A stretch of DNA of 64,000 nt, taken from NCBI GenBank assembly GCA_963664225.1, contig OY760937.1, positions 5,312,001 to 5,376,000 on the forward strand. The letters run 5' to 3'. This DNA is from Verrucomicrobiia bacterium (lineage in GTDB: Bacteria; Verrucomicrobiota; Verrucomicrobiia; Limisphaerales; UBA1319). The position numbers and the translations under genes are program-made. The first letter of the stretch is position 1; every line of letters starts with the position of its first letter. This document shows, piece by piece, positions 40,148 to 50,000 of this stretch. Below the pieces are notes generated by a model that made no database searches, had not been told where the DNA came from, and worked only from the letters and a program-made list of their open reading frames with translations.

Positions 40148-42721
40148 ATGCCATCCAGCACCACCCAATATACTGTCCCGGAAGCGGACCTGCTTAAGCA
40201 ATTGGGCAGCTCCGGAAATGGCCTGTCTTCGGAAACGGCGCTTGAGCGTTTGCGAGAGACGGGATCAAATACCGTGGCCGCTGGGGAACGCCGGGGAGTC
40301 TTGCGTGATCTGTTAGTGCGGTGTCGCAATCCCCTGGTCATTCAATTGCTCATCATCGCCACTGTTTCCTACCTGATGTCCGATTTGCGCTCCACAGTGG
40401 TTGTGGGGGGCATGGTGTTTCTGAGTGTATTTCTTTCTTATATTCAGGAAACCCGCTCATCGCGCGCCGTTGAGAAACTGCAAAAACTCGTCAAGACCAC
40501 AGTGACAGTTTTGCGCGATGGGAAGGAAGTCGATGTGCCGTTGGAGGATATTGTGCCCGGCGATGTGGTGGTTCTGGCTGCGGGGAGCCTTATTCCGGCG
40601 GATTTGCGGATTTTGTCGGCCAAGGACTTCTTCGTCACACAATCGGCGCTGACGGGTGAATCGATGCCGGTGGAGAAAAACGCGGAGATTAACCCGGTTG
40701 CCGGACGTGGAGCATTCGACCTGAGCAACGCCTGTTTCATGGGATGCAACGTGTTAAGCGGGACAGCACATGGTGTGGTGCTGGCCACCGGAGCACGGAC
40801 GTATTTTGGAGCTCTGGCTCAGAAACTTTTGGCTCGCAGAGCGCCGACGAGCTTTGATAGCGGGGTTCGGGATTTCACCTGGTTGATGATCCGTTTCATG
40901 GTGGTGATGGTGTCGGCGACGTTTTTGATCGTGGGGCTGACAAAAGGCAATTGGTCGGAGGCGCTGCTCTTCGCGTTGTCGGTTGCAGTGGGGCTCACGC
41001 CGGAGATGCTGCCGATGATCATCACGGTTTGCCTCTCCAAGGGGGCGATGCAGATGGCGCGCAAGAAGGTGATCGTGAAGCACCTGCACGCCATCCAGAA
41101 TTTTGGCGCGATGGATGTGCTCTGCACGGACAAGACGGGCACGCTGACGCAGGATCATGTGGTGCTGGAGCGCTATGTGGATGTGGCCAACCGGACGAGC
41201 GAGGATGTGCTGCGCTACGCCTACATGAACAGCTTTTACCAGACCGGTTTGCGCAATTTACTGGATAGGGCCATTCTGGCTCACAAGGAGTTGGATGTGG
41301 AGCGTAATTGTCGCAAAGTGGATGAAATTCCATTCGACTTCAAGCGGCGACGCATGTCGGTGGTGATCGATTATGAGGATCGCCATGTGCTGATCTGCAA
41401 AGGGGCGGTGGAGGAGGTGGCGGGAGTCTGTGAGAATTACCAGGTGGACGACGACATCAACCCGCTGATTCAGTTGATTCGGGACGATTTGATGGATGAA
41501 TACCGAAGCCTCAGTGCGGAGGGGTATCGTGTTCTGGCCATTGCCTACCGGGAATTTGATCGGGGCAAACAGAGTTTCAATGTGGCGGACGAGGCGGGTT
41601 TAACGCTGCTGGGATACATCGCTTTTTTCGATCCGCCCAAGGATACCTCAGCCAGGGCGATCGAGGGGCTTACGCGCTCGGGAGTAAAGGTGAAGATTTT
41701 AACCGGTGACAATGAATTAGTGACGCGCAAGGTTTGCCACGATGTGGCCATGCCGATCAGCAAAATTGTGACCGGACCGCAGTTGGCGGCCATGGGTGAG
41801 GAACAATTTGCGAAAGAGGTGGACGAAGCCAATGTGCTGGCCCGTTTGTCGCCGGATCAGAAGGAGAAAGTCATTCAGACGCTCCGAGCCCGGGGGCATG
41901 TGGTCGGGTTCATGGGGGATGGGATCAACGACGTGCTGGCGATGAAGGCGGCGGATGTGGCGATTTCCGTGGATACGGCTGTGGATGTGGCGAAGGAATC
42001 CGCCGACATTATTCTGCTGGAAAAGAGCCTGCTGGTGCTGGAGGAAGGGATTATTGAGGGGCGGAAGGTGTTTGGCAATATTCTCAAGTATATCAAGATG
42101 GGCGCGAGTTCGAACTTCGGGAATATGTTCAGCGTGGTGGGAGGGGCTTATTTTCTGCCGTTTTTGCCGATGGCCCCAATCCAGGTGTTGGTGAACAACC
42201 TGCTTTACGACGTGTCCCAGGTCGGCATTCCGCTGGATAATGTGGATGAGGAATATCTCGCCAAGCCGAGACAGTGGAATATCAAGAGCATCCGCAACTT
42301 CATGGTATTCATCGGGCCGATCAGCTCCATATTCGATTACGCGACCTTCTTTCTGATGCTGTATTTTTTCAAATGCGCGGCGTTTTCGCAGGCCGGTCCG
42401 GTGGACAAGGCCTATTACGAAAGCCTGTTTCACACGGGGTGGTTTGTGGAATCGCTGCTGACGCAGACGCTGATTGTGCATATCATCCGCACGCAGCGGA
42501 TACCATTCATTCAGAGCCGGCCGAGCAAGCCGATGCTTTTTGGCACGCTTTTGGTGATGGCCATTGGGGTGTGGCTGCCTTTTTCACCGCTGGCGCGGTT
42601 TTTGGGTTTGACGCCTCTGCCCGGAGTGTTTTTTGTCTGGCTTGCGGGTTTTCTCGTCTCTTATTGTGTGATTACACATTGTGTGAAGATGTGGTTTACA
42701 CGTCGGTTTGGGATGGATTGA
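40148..42721 (+). CDS. mgtA: Magnesium-translocating P-type ATPase
   Basis: TGES, VGLTPEMLPMI, DKTGTLT, GDGIND, YIKMGASSNFGN, FHTGWFVES. Confidence 0.95.
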   Translation: MPSSTTQYTVPEADLLKQLGSSGNGLSSETALERLRETGSNTVAAGERRGVLRDLLVRCRNPLVIQLLIIATVSYLMSDLRSTVVVGGMVFLSVFLSYIQETRSSRAVEKLQKLVKTTVTVLRDGKEVDVPLEDIVPGDVVVLAAGSLIPADLRILSAKDFFVTQSALTGESMPVEKNAEINPVAGRGAFDLSNACFMGCNVLSGTAHGVVLATGARTYFGALAQKLLARRAPTSFDSGVRDFTWLMIRFMVVMVSATFLIVGLTKGNWSEALLFALSVAVGLTPEMLPMIITVCLSKGAMQMARKKVIVKHLHAIQNFGAMDVLCTDKTGTLTQDHVVLERYVDVANRTSEDVLRYAYMNSFYQTGLRNLLDRAILAHKELDVERNCRKVDEIPFDFKRRRMSVVIDYEDRHVLICKGAVEEVAGVCENYQVDDDINPLIQLIRDDLMDEYRSLSAEGYRVLAIAYREFDRGKQSFNVADEAGLTLLGYIAFFDPPKDTSARAIEGLTRSGVKVKILTGDNELVTRKVCHDVAMPISKIVTGPQLAAMGEEQFAKEVDEANVLARLSPDQKEKVIQTLRARGHVVGFMGDGINDVLAMKAADVAISVDTAVDVAKESADIILLEKSLLVLEEGIIEGRKVFGNILKYIKMGASSNFGNMFSVVGGAYFLPFLPMAPIQVLVNNLLYDVSQVGIPLDNVDEEYLAKPRQWNIKSIRNFMVFIGPISSIFDYATFFLMLYFFKCAAFSQAGPVDKAYYESLFHTGWFVESLLTQTLIVHIIRTQRIPFIQSRPSKPMLFGTLLVMAIGVWLPFSPLARFLGLTPLPGVFFVWLAGFLVSYCVITHCVKMWFTRRFGMD

Positions 42722-42722
42722 T

Positions 42723-43508
42723 ATGCGGAGTATTTTAAACGCTTTACAGGATGGCCGTCTCTTTGAATTGCCCGCGGTGGACAAGGAGAAGGCGCTCGAA
42801 TTTTTGGCGCGCATTCTGGACGCCAACCCCGACATCGAGGTGGGGACGGACGCGATCGAGGAGATTCAGCGACGGGAGCTGGAGTATAACACGGGCATTG
42901 GACTGGGCGTGGGATGTCCGCATGTGCGCGCCAAGCGTGAAGAGGGGGAATTGTTTTGCGCGATTGGCTGGGCGCCAGCAGGGATCGAATACGGCGCGTC
43001 GGACGGGGAACCGGTCCACCTGGTGTTCATGTATTACATTCCCGGGGCGCAAAAGAACGTTTATCTCAAGGAAGTTTCAGGACTGGTAAAGGCGATCCGC
43101 AAGAGCGGCGGGATCAAGGCAATCGCCCATGCCACGGACCTGATCGTGGTGCGCAATCTCCTGCTGGATTGGGTGAGCGGTGTGCTGGGAGACGCCGGAC
43201 CGGAGGCTGTGGCCCGGATGATCAAGCTCGATATCAAGGAGGCGCAGCGAACAATCGAAATCGTGTCGGAACCCCGGCACGGCATCACGCAGCTTATACC
43301 TTTTTCAGTCGTGGTCTCATCCCCCAATCATGTCATCGTGCTTTCCCAGGACGCGGATTGGGTGAACATGTTGGAGAAGGAGGCGGGTATTGGCCAGCGG
43401 CTTCTTGGAGCGGCTCCGTTTGTCGTTGCCGGACGCCAGATATTCATTACCGGATCAACCGCTTATCCCCGAGGTCGCACGCTTTATCAGTGCGTGGCGG
43501 CAATTTGA
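42723..43508 (+). CDS. PTS EIIA (Ntr/fructose-type) domain protein with an unknown C-terminal extension
   Basis: RRELEYNTGIGLGVGCPHVR (phospho-His motif), GIEYGASDGEPVHLVF; starts just after the mgtA stop. Confidence 0.8.
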   Translation: MRSILNALQDGRLFELPAVDKEKALEFLARILDANPDIEVGTDAIEEIQRRELEYNTGIGLGVGCPHVRAKREEGELFCAIGWAPAGIEYGASDGEPVHLVFMYYIPGAQKNVYLKEVSGLVKAIRKSGGIKAIAHATDLIVVRNLLLDWVSGVLGDAGPEAVARMIKLDIKEAQRTIEIVSEPRHGITQLIPFSVVVSSPNHVIVLSQDADWVNMLEKEAGIGQRLLGAAPFVVAGRQIFITGSTAYPRGRTLYQCVAAI

Positions 43509-43540
43509 AGAAAGGGACATGGGGTTTGGACCCGGGCATG

Positions 43541-43570
43541 AAAAAGGCGCGGAAAATATTTCCCGCGCCT
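43541..43570 (-). terminator. Intrinsic terminator of the minus-strand GH29 gene (convergent gap)
   Basis: AGGCGCGG/CCGCGCCT stem followed by a T-run on the minus strand. Confidence 0.65.
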
Positions 43571-43599
43571 GATTGAATCGTAAGAAACGAGGTGCTTAA

Positions 43600-45567
43600 T
43601 TATTTTTGGACTTTGCGGAGTTTGACTTCCGCAAGGTTGATGGCCTTCCAGGATTTCTCGTCGCGCGGGCGAATCGTCAGGAGTTGTTCCCCGGTTTTTG
43701 TGATTTCCACACGGCCGGCAACGATGGGTTTGAAGGTCTCCCATGCGCCCGTTCCGGGGATGGGGACGTTGAGTTTCTGCTCGGCGAGTTCCACAACGAC
43801 CTCGCTGCCGGACATGGCGGTAGCGGTTTCGAAGCTGACTTCGTAGGTGGCTGCGGTGGGAACACTGAATTTCCAGGAAACAGAATCAAAGGCGGAATTC
43901 CAATAGCCGAGGTTTTCATGCTCGCCTTTTTGTTCCGTCTGGATGGCTCCTGTGAGTTGGGCGTTGGCCACCGGAAGGGTAATGTTGCCATTGGCATCCG
44001 GATTGACCGGGGCAATGCCAGCGCTGGCGGTGAGCGGCGTGAAATCGTTGAGGCGCTGCCCGTTGATTTTCAGGGCGATGGCGTGATCGGAGAATTTCGC
44101 GGGCAGGGTGACGGCGAGGCCATCCGCAGTCTGAGTCCACTGGATTTTGCCTTTGTAACCGACGAGGCTGACTTTGGTGATTTTTCCGCTGGTGGGAGAT
44201 TTGGCCAGAGTCTTGATGAGAAGTTTGCCATCGGCAGGCCAACCCAGGGCGAAGGCGTAGAGGGTTTTGCCTTTGGAGGTGAAGCGAATGTCTGCAGCGC
44301 TATAGCCGAAGTCTTCCTTGAAATTTCCACCTTTGGCCTTTGTGGGGCCTTCGCCATAGACGATCCAGGGGCGCGTACCAAAAATGCCTTCGCCGTTCAC
44401 TGCGGTCCAGTCGGCCATTTGACCGAGGAGCGTTTCCACCTCGGGATCGATCGAGCCATCGGGGCGCTGCACGACATTGAGGAGCAGGTTTCCGTTTTTG
44501 CTGACGATGTCCACGAGCATGTTGATGACCCAGTCCACGTTGCGGAATTTCCAGTTTTTGTTGTAGAACCAATCACCAATGGAGGTATCGGTCTGCCAGG
44601 GTTGAGGCCGGATGCCAGGCATGACACCGCGCTCGAGGTCCTCGACCCACATGCCATCGGATTTTTGTTTGCAGGTGTAAACGGTTTCGAGGCGGCCGCT
44701 GTGGCGCTTCATGTCCGTATTGTAAAGGTGCGCGATCATGCCACGGCCGAAATCGTTGCCGAAGGGCACGCCGCCGTCGGTGTAAAGCAGGTCGAGATCG
44801 TAATTGTTGATGAGGTCTTGAATGCGGCCGAACCATTCCTGATGCCAGCGGGGATCGTTGCTGTACCAACCGGTATCGCCGGGTTTCGCCGGGAAATGGT
44901 AGAGGTCCTGGTATTGGGGATTGGCGCCATCGTAGGGCACGCCCGCCTTGGGACCGGTTTTATCCGAGCCGTGGCTGACCTGATACCAGGTGAAGCTGGC
45001 ACCCAAATGTTCGGAGACCCCGAAGCGCAGTCCCTTTTTGTGCGCGGCGGCCTGCCATGTGCCCACGACGTCGCGGTGCGGGCCCATGTTGACGGCGTTC
45101 CATTTGTTGGAATGGGAGTTCCAGAGGTCGAAATTGTCGTGATGCACGCCCATGCTGACGAAATAGTGCGCGCCCGCTTTCTTGTAGAGGCCCATCAAAC
45201 GATCGGGGTCCCATTTCTCGGCCTTCCACAGGGGGATGATGTCTTTGAAACCTTTTTCGGAAGGGTGACCGTAATTTTTCAAATGGTCTTCGTATTGGCC
45301 CTGTCCCTGGATGTACATGTTGCGCGCATACCAATCACCAGCCATGGGGACGGACTGGGGCCCCCAGTGAGCCCAGATGCCCAGTTTGGCATCCCGAAAC
45401 CAGTCCGGGTATTTGTATTGCTTGAGGGATTCGAAGGTGGGAGCGAATGGGCCAGGGGCGATCTTCGGTATCTGGACCGGATCTGGAGCATCGGCTGCAT
45501 GACTGAGCGCAGGCAGCAGCACCGCCGCGAGGCAGGAGGCGAACAGCGGGATCGTGTATGTTTTCAT
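43600..45567 (-). CDS. GH29 alpha-L-fucosidase with C-terminal CBM-like (CBM6/35-type) domain
   Basis: PDWFRDAKLGIWAHWG, HHDNFDLW, LLYTDG, DIVSKNGNLLLN, IFGTRPW. Confidence 0.92.
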   Translation of the reverse strand: MKTYTIPLFASCLAAVLLPALSHAADAPDPVQIPKIAPGPFAPTFESLKQYKYPDWFRDAKLGIWAHWGPQSVPMAGDWYARNMYIQGQGQYEDHLKNYGHPSEKGFKDIIPLWKAEKWDPDRLMGLYKKAGAHYFVSMGVHHDNFDLWNSHSNKWNAVNMGPHRDVVGTWQAAAHKKGLRFGVSEHLGASFTWYQVSHGSDKTGPKAGVPYDGANPQYQDLYHFPAKPGDTGWYSNDPRWHQEWFGRIQDLINNYDLDLLYTDGGVPFGNDFGRGMIAHLYNTDMKRHSGRLETVYTCKQKSDGMWVEDLERGVMPGIRPQPWQTDTSIGDWFYNKNWKFRNVDWVINMLVDIVSKNGNLLLNVVQRPDGSIDPEVETLLGQMADWTAVNGEGIFGTRPWIVYGEGPTKAKGGNFKEDFGYSAADIRFTSKGKTLYAFALGWPADGKLLIKTLAKSPTSGKITKVSLVGYKGKIQWTQTADGLAVTLPAKFSDHAIALKINGQRLNDFTPLTASAGIAPVNPDANGNITLPVANAQLTGAIQTEQKGEHENLGYWNSAFDSVSWKFSVPTAATYEVSFETATAMSGSEVVVELAEQKLNVPIPGTGAWETFKPIVAGRVEITKTGEQLLTIRPRDEKSWKAINLAEVKLRKVQK

Positions 45568-45633
45568 GGTTTTGCTTCTTTATTGAGATGGCCAGTATGA
45601 CTCCATGACCGGTGTCATCGCCAGAGTATTGGA

Positions 45634-45669
45634 ATGTCGATTTTTGACCGGGTGATGTCGATTTTTGAC
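45634..45669 (-). promoter_or_regulatory. Perfect 15-bp direct repeat at 21-bp period upstream of the GH29 gene (candidate activator site)
   Basis: ATGTCGATTTTTGAC at 45634-45648 and 45655-45669. Confidence 0.6.
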
Positions 45670-45685
45670 TTCCTGATTGTGGTGA

Positions 45686-46870
45686 TTATCTCAAGTGAAC
45701 ATTTTTGCCTTCCGCGATTTTGCAGTAGAGTTGTTCTTTGCCGTAGTAGCCGCTGTTGTAATAGAGGGACATCCGTCCGTCAGGCAGGACTAGAATATGT
45801 TGACGCCACAAGTTTGTGCCTTCGCCCAGGGCTTGGGCCTGCGCGGGAACATTCTCAATCCATTCGATGGGTTGAGGACACCATTGCCATCCGCGAACCG
45901 GCCATTCCTCGTCGCAATAGGCGAAGCCACCCAGGCTGGGCGGCGGTTCCTCGCTAAAGACCTCTTTGTCGCCATGCCGGGGAGCGGTTGGGGATGCGTT
46001 GATGATGGCAATCCAGCGGTGATTTCTGCCGGGCAGGATTTGGAGGCCGCCCACCCATCCCGAAGCCCAATGTCCCGCTGTCTGGCAGGGAGGCAGGATT
46101 TCTCCCAGCTTGCGCACAGTGGACTCGCCGACACGCTGCACGGCCACGGCCTGCGCATTACCAAAGGGACTGATGCGCCGGGACTGGGCCTTTTCGGGGT
46201 AGCCCATGTAGAAGTAGAGGATTTCATTGCGCTCGGGGAAGTGGAAGCCAGTGACTGCGTCAACGTGTTTGGAATCGAAATCGCCAGGTCCACCATTAAC
46301 GATCAATGGTTCCGGTTTTACCGTCCAGGGGCCTGCCAGTTTGTCAGCCACAGATTGTTGAACGACCTTGTGGCCGTCCTGCCAGCTCACACTCAGGAGC
46401 CTGTACTGGCCGTCGATTTTGGCGGGATGGTTTGGACGATGCGCATCCATCACGACGTAGGGTTTTTGCGTGGAACCACCGCTCACTTGTTGCGGATTGG
46501 TAAAGACCAGCGGCCCCTCCAGTTTCCAGTGGCCCGGTCCCGGTTCCAACCCGTGCGGGCAGATGGCCTGGCCGCAGCCCGGGGGCTCGAAAAAGAGAAA
46601 CATGCGCCAGCCGCCGATGTCCTCGTCGCGCACGATGCAGGGATCGCCGACCACACTGGACCCTGGACCACCCATGCCCCGCTGGATGATCAGGCCGGCT
46701 CGCCGCCAGGAGCGGGGAATATCGCAGGTCATTGTCTGCGCTTTCTTACCCGCGCTCGTTTGGGGCAACGCCGTGTCCTGAGTCTGAAGTGTTTTCGATT
46801 GGACAAGTGACGGTGTTGCAGCCAGAGCGGCCAGCCCAGTCAGTGAGGAGCAGAATTTTCGGCGGTTCAT
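45686..46870 (-). CDS. Tat-exported five-bladed beta-propeller glycosidase-like protein (GH43/32/117/130 fold), function unknown
   Basis: MNRRKF Tat signal at 46870; VGDPCIV, KPYVV, GPWT, FDSKHVD, LYFYMG. The ORF-track extension to 48229 is antisense to the GH2 gene. Confidence 0.65.
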   Translation of the reverse strand: MNRRKFCSSLTGLAALAATPSLVQSKTLQTQDTALPQTSAGKKAQTMTCDIPRSWRRAGLIIQRGMGGPGSSVVGDPCIVRDEDIGGWRMFLFFEPPGCGQAICPHGLEPGPGHWKLEGPLVFTNPQQVSGGSTQKPYVVMDAHRPNHPAKIDGQYRLLSVSWQDGHKVVQQSVADKLAGPWTVKPEPLIVNGGPGDFDSKHVDAVTGFHFPERNEILYFYMGYPEKAQSRRISPFGNAQAVAVQRVGESTVRKLGEILPPCQTAGHWASGWVGGLQILPGRNHRWIAIINASPTAPRHGDKEVFSEEPPPSLGGFAYCDEEWPVRGWQWCPQPIEWIENVPAQAQALGEGTNLWRQHILVLPDGRMSLYYNSGYYGKEQLYCKIAEGKNVHLR

Positions 46871-47062
46871 GGCTGGATCATGAACTTGTTCTTGGTTTTT
46901 ATAAAGTGGAATCGCAGGGATGACGGTATTTTCCATCCGGGCCATTTTGAATATGAAAAGCTGGCTTCTGGTGGGATGCTTTTGTATAGGTGGTGGCCAC
47001 CGCCGTCCCTGTTGATTTGCGCTTGTGCGGAGGAGTACTGAATTGGAAAACGTTTTGATTGA

Positions 47063-50000
47063 ATGAAGCTGAAACCTGTTCTGCTTTGGAAGTTTGTTGT
47101 GAGGCTGGCTGCGTTTGCCGTTCTGGTGCATGGCACCCGGGCCGCGACGCCCGCGTATGTGTGGCTGGAAGGGGAGAATCCGAGCCAGTGCAATTACCGG
47201 CAGGCGGCTGAGGGTGTGGGGAATCCGCAATTTCTGTCGGGCACAAACTGGCTCAAAATCAGCATCGACGCCGACAAGCTGGAGAAGGAAGCTCCGGCGG
47301 AAGGGGTGCTGGTGGATTATGCGTTTGAGGCGAAAGCGTCCGGCGATCACGAAATCTGGACGCGCATCGGTTTTGAGTTTGTCCGCTCGGCCTTCGAGTG
47401 GCGGGTGGATCAGGGCGAGTGGTCCGCCGTCTCTCCCGAGCAACTCACCACGGACCTGATGGAGTTGAGCTTTTGGACCGAGGTCGCCTGGCTGAAGCTC
47501 GGTCATCAGCCCATTACAGCCGGTCGGCATACGCTGAGTTTTCGTCTGCCGAAGGCCCACGATAAGCAGGGCAAGCCGCAGAAGATTCTGTTCGCGCTGG
47601 ATTGCGTTTGTTTGTCCGCGGGCGAATTTTTCCCCTACCAGGCCTGTAAGCCGGATGAGGATCATCAAAACGATAATGACCGGGCGGCTGCCAAACACGT
47701 TTTCGCATTGCCAGAGCCCAAGGATCCGTCTGCCCGGATGACGATCCCGCTGAATGGAACCTGGGAAATCTGTCGCCACGACGAACAACTGCCGGGAATG
47801 GTTGCCGCGCCGATCACCAGCTTTCCAGCCCAGCCGCGCTGGACGGCGATGCAAGTGCCAGGCGATAAAAACGAACGCGCTGATCTGGTGTTTGCGCACC
47901 GGCTGTGGTATCGCACCAGGGTCCACATTCCCGAATCGCAGAAGGGGCGGTCCTTCTTCCTTGTGTTTCCGGCGAACAGCCTCAATACGACCATTTACGT
48001 GAATGGGCAATTCTGCGGATTCGAGAAAAGTCCATTCGCGCGCTTTCAGGTCGATATCAGCAAGGCTGCGAAGCCCGGCATGAACGAGGTGTGGGTGGGC
48101 ATCAAGGACGCCTGGTATGGCTACAAAGCGGACGCGGCCGATCCACTGGTGCTGCGCAAACGCTGGAATCTGCCGTTGAAGTATCTGAGCGAAGGTTTCC
48201 AGGAGTTGGTTTATCCGGTGTGGAATCAAAAGTTGATGGGCATCATTGGAACACCCGAGTTTGTGGCTGCAGGTTCGACGTATGCCGCAGATGTGTTCTG
48301 CAAACCGTCGGTGGCCAACAAGAAACTAGGCGTGGAGATTGAGCTAAAGAGCAATCTGGCCGCAACAAGGCAAGCGGTTGTCACGGTCGAAGCGGTCAAC
48401 GACAAGAGCGGCGAGGTGGAAAAGCGATGGACTCTGCCATCCGTCGATGTCAGTGGGGGCGAGGCGAAGATTGTAACGGATTTGGATTGGGAGAATCCAA
48501 AGCTGTGGTGGCCTGACGAGCCGACTTGTTACCGGTTGCGCACCACGGTGGCCATTGACTCCAAAACGGTCGATATCCAGGAAACGCTCTTCGGATTCCG
48601 GGAATGGACGCGAGATGGAATTCATCTCAAATTAAACGGGATCAACTGGCAGGGATTCGCGGACGGACTGCCCGGCGACACTCCTGAAAAATTCCTGGCT
48701 GCGCACAAGGACCCGCATTACAACTCCGGCTTCGCGCGGATGTGGACGCACGTTTACAAGTGGCTGGGTGTCGAGCCGGAGGAGGCGCTCACGTTCATGG
48801 ATCGTGGAGGGCAATTGATCCGGCGCTCGAGCTGCCTGGATGGCGAGGCCATTGGATACATGCCCGGTTTGCTTCCTGACCTAGGGACCAATTGGATCGA
48901 TCAAATAACGGCGGCGATCAAGGGCGAGCGCAATCATCCGAGCATCATGATCTGGTCGGTCGAGAACGAAATCAATTTCATCAACGCCCGCAACATGGGC
49001 GCCCTCGACAAATGGGAGCCAACGTTGACCCGGGCCTGGGAGGCGATTCAAAAGGTCGATCCCACACGGCCCATCATGATTGACGGCGGCGGCGCCACCC
49101 GCGCGCAGACGCTTCCTGTTCACGGAGATCATTACACCACAAAACCGTTTTGGAATTATCCACAGCTCGCTTACGAGGCGAACGAAAATCAGAATCCGTG
49201 GATCTGGGACCAGAAACGTCCCAAGTTCATTGGAGAGGAACTTTTTGCGGCGGGCATCAACCCCGCCTATGCCTATTTCGGAGGCGAGCAGGTGTTTCTC
49301 GGGAAATCCGGGAACCGGCCCGCTGTGGGCAAGGCGATGCAGGTCATTTCACAAGGCTACCGATGGTTTGGGGTGGCTGCCTGCGATTTCTGCCAGATGA
49401 CCACTGACTCGGACGGCTCGCAATACAACGAATGGGCTCCCCGCGCCGTGCTGGTTCGCCAATGGGACTACACGTTCCCATCGGGCCAGAAAGCCAAACG
49501 AACTGTCGGCATTTTCAACAATACAAGATTCCCCGATCCACTGACGTTTACCTGGAAACTTACGCTCAACAACAAGGAAGTCGCTTCGAGTTCGACCACG
49601 CATAATGTTGCGCCAGGTGAAAATGAGAAATTCGATGTCGAATTGGACATTCCCTCAACCCAACAGCGGCTTGAAGGCGAATGGGTGCTGACGCTTGCGA
49701 CGAAGGGGACGGAAATCTTCCGGACGGTCAAGGAATTGTCGGTGCTGCCGGCCGACAAGGATTTGGCAATACCCGGAAAGGTTGCGGGTCTGAAGGCGAC
49801 CGATCTGTATGTTTACGATCCCAAGGGAGGCGCCACGGCGTTTCTCAAGGCGCATGGAGTGGCGTTCACGCCATTAAATAGCATTGCCGCGCCATCCGAG
49901 CCGGGAAAACTCTGGCTGCTCGGTGAGGATGCCCTTGGCGCCGCCGATGCGTCATCGACTGCGTTCGCTGCATATGCCGCCGGCGGGGGGCGTGTCATCC

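Noticed and set aside
43606..45600. 664-aa plus-strand ORF
   Set aside because: Antisense shadow of the GH29 gene; no motifs; expected with high GC3 codon bias
46871..48229. N-terminal 453 aa of the 847-aa minus-strand ORF
   Set aside because: Overlaps the GH2 gene antisense; the real gene starts at the Tat signal (46870)
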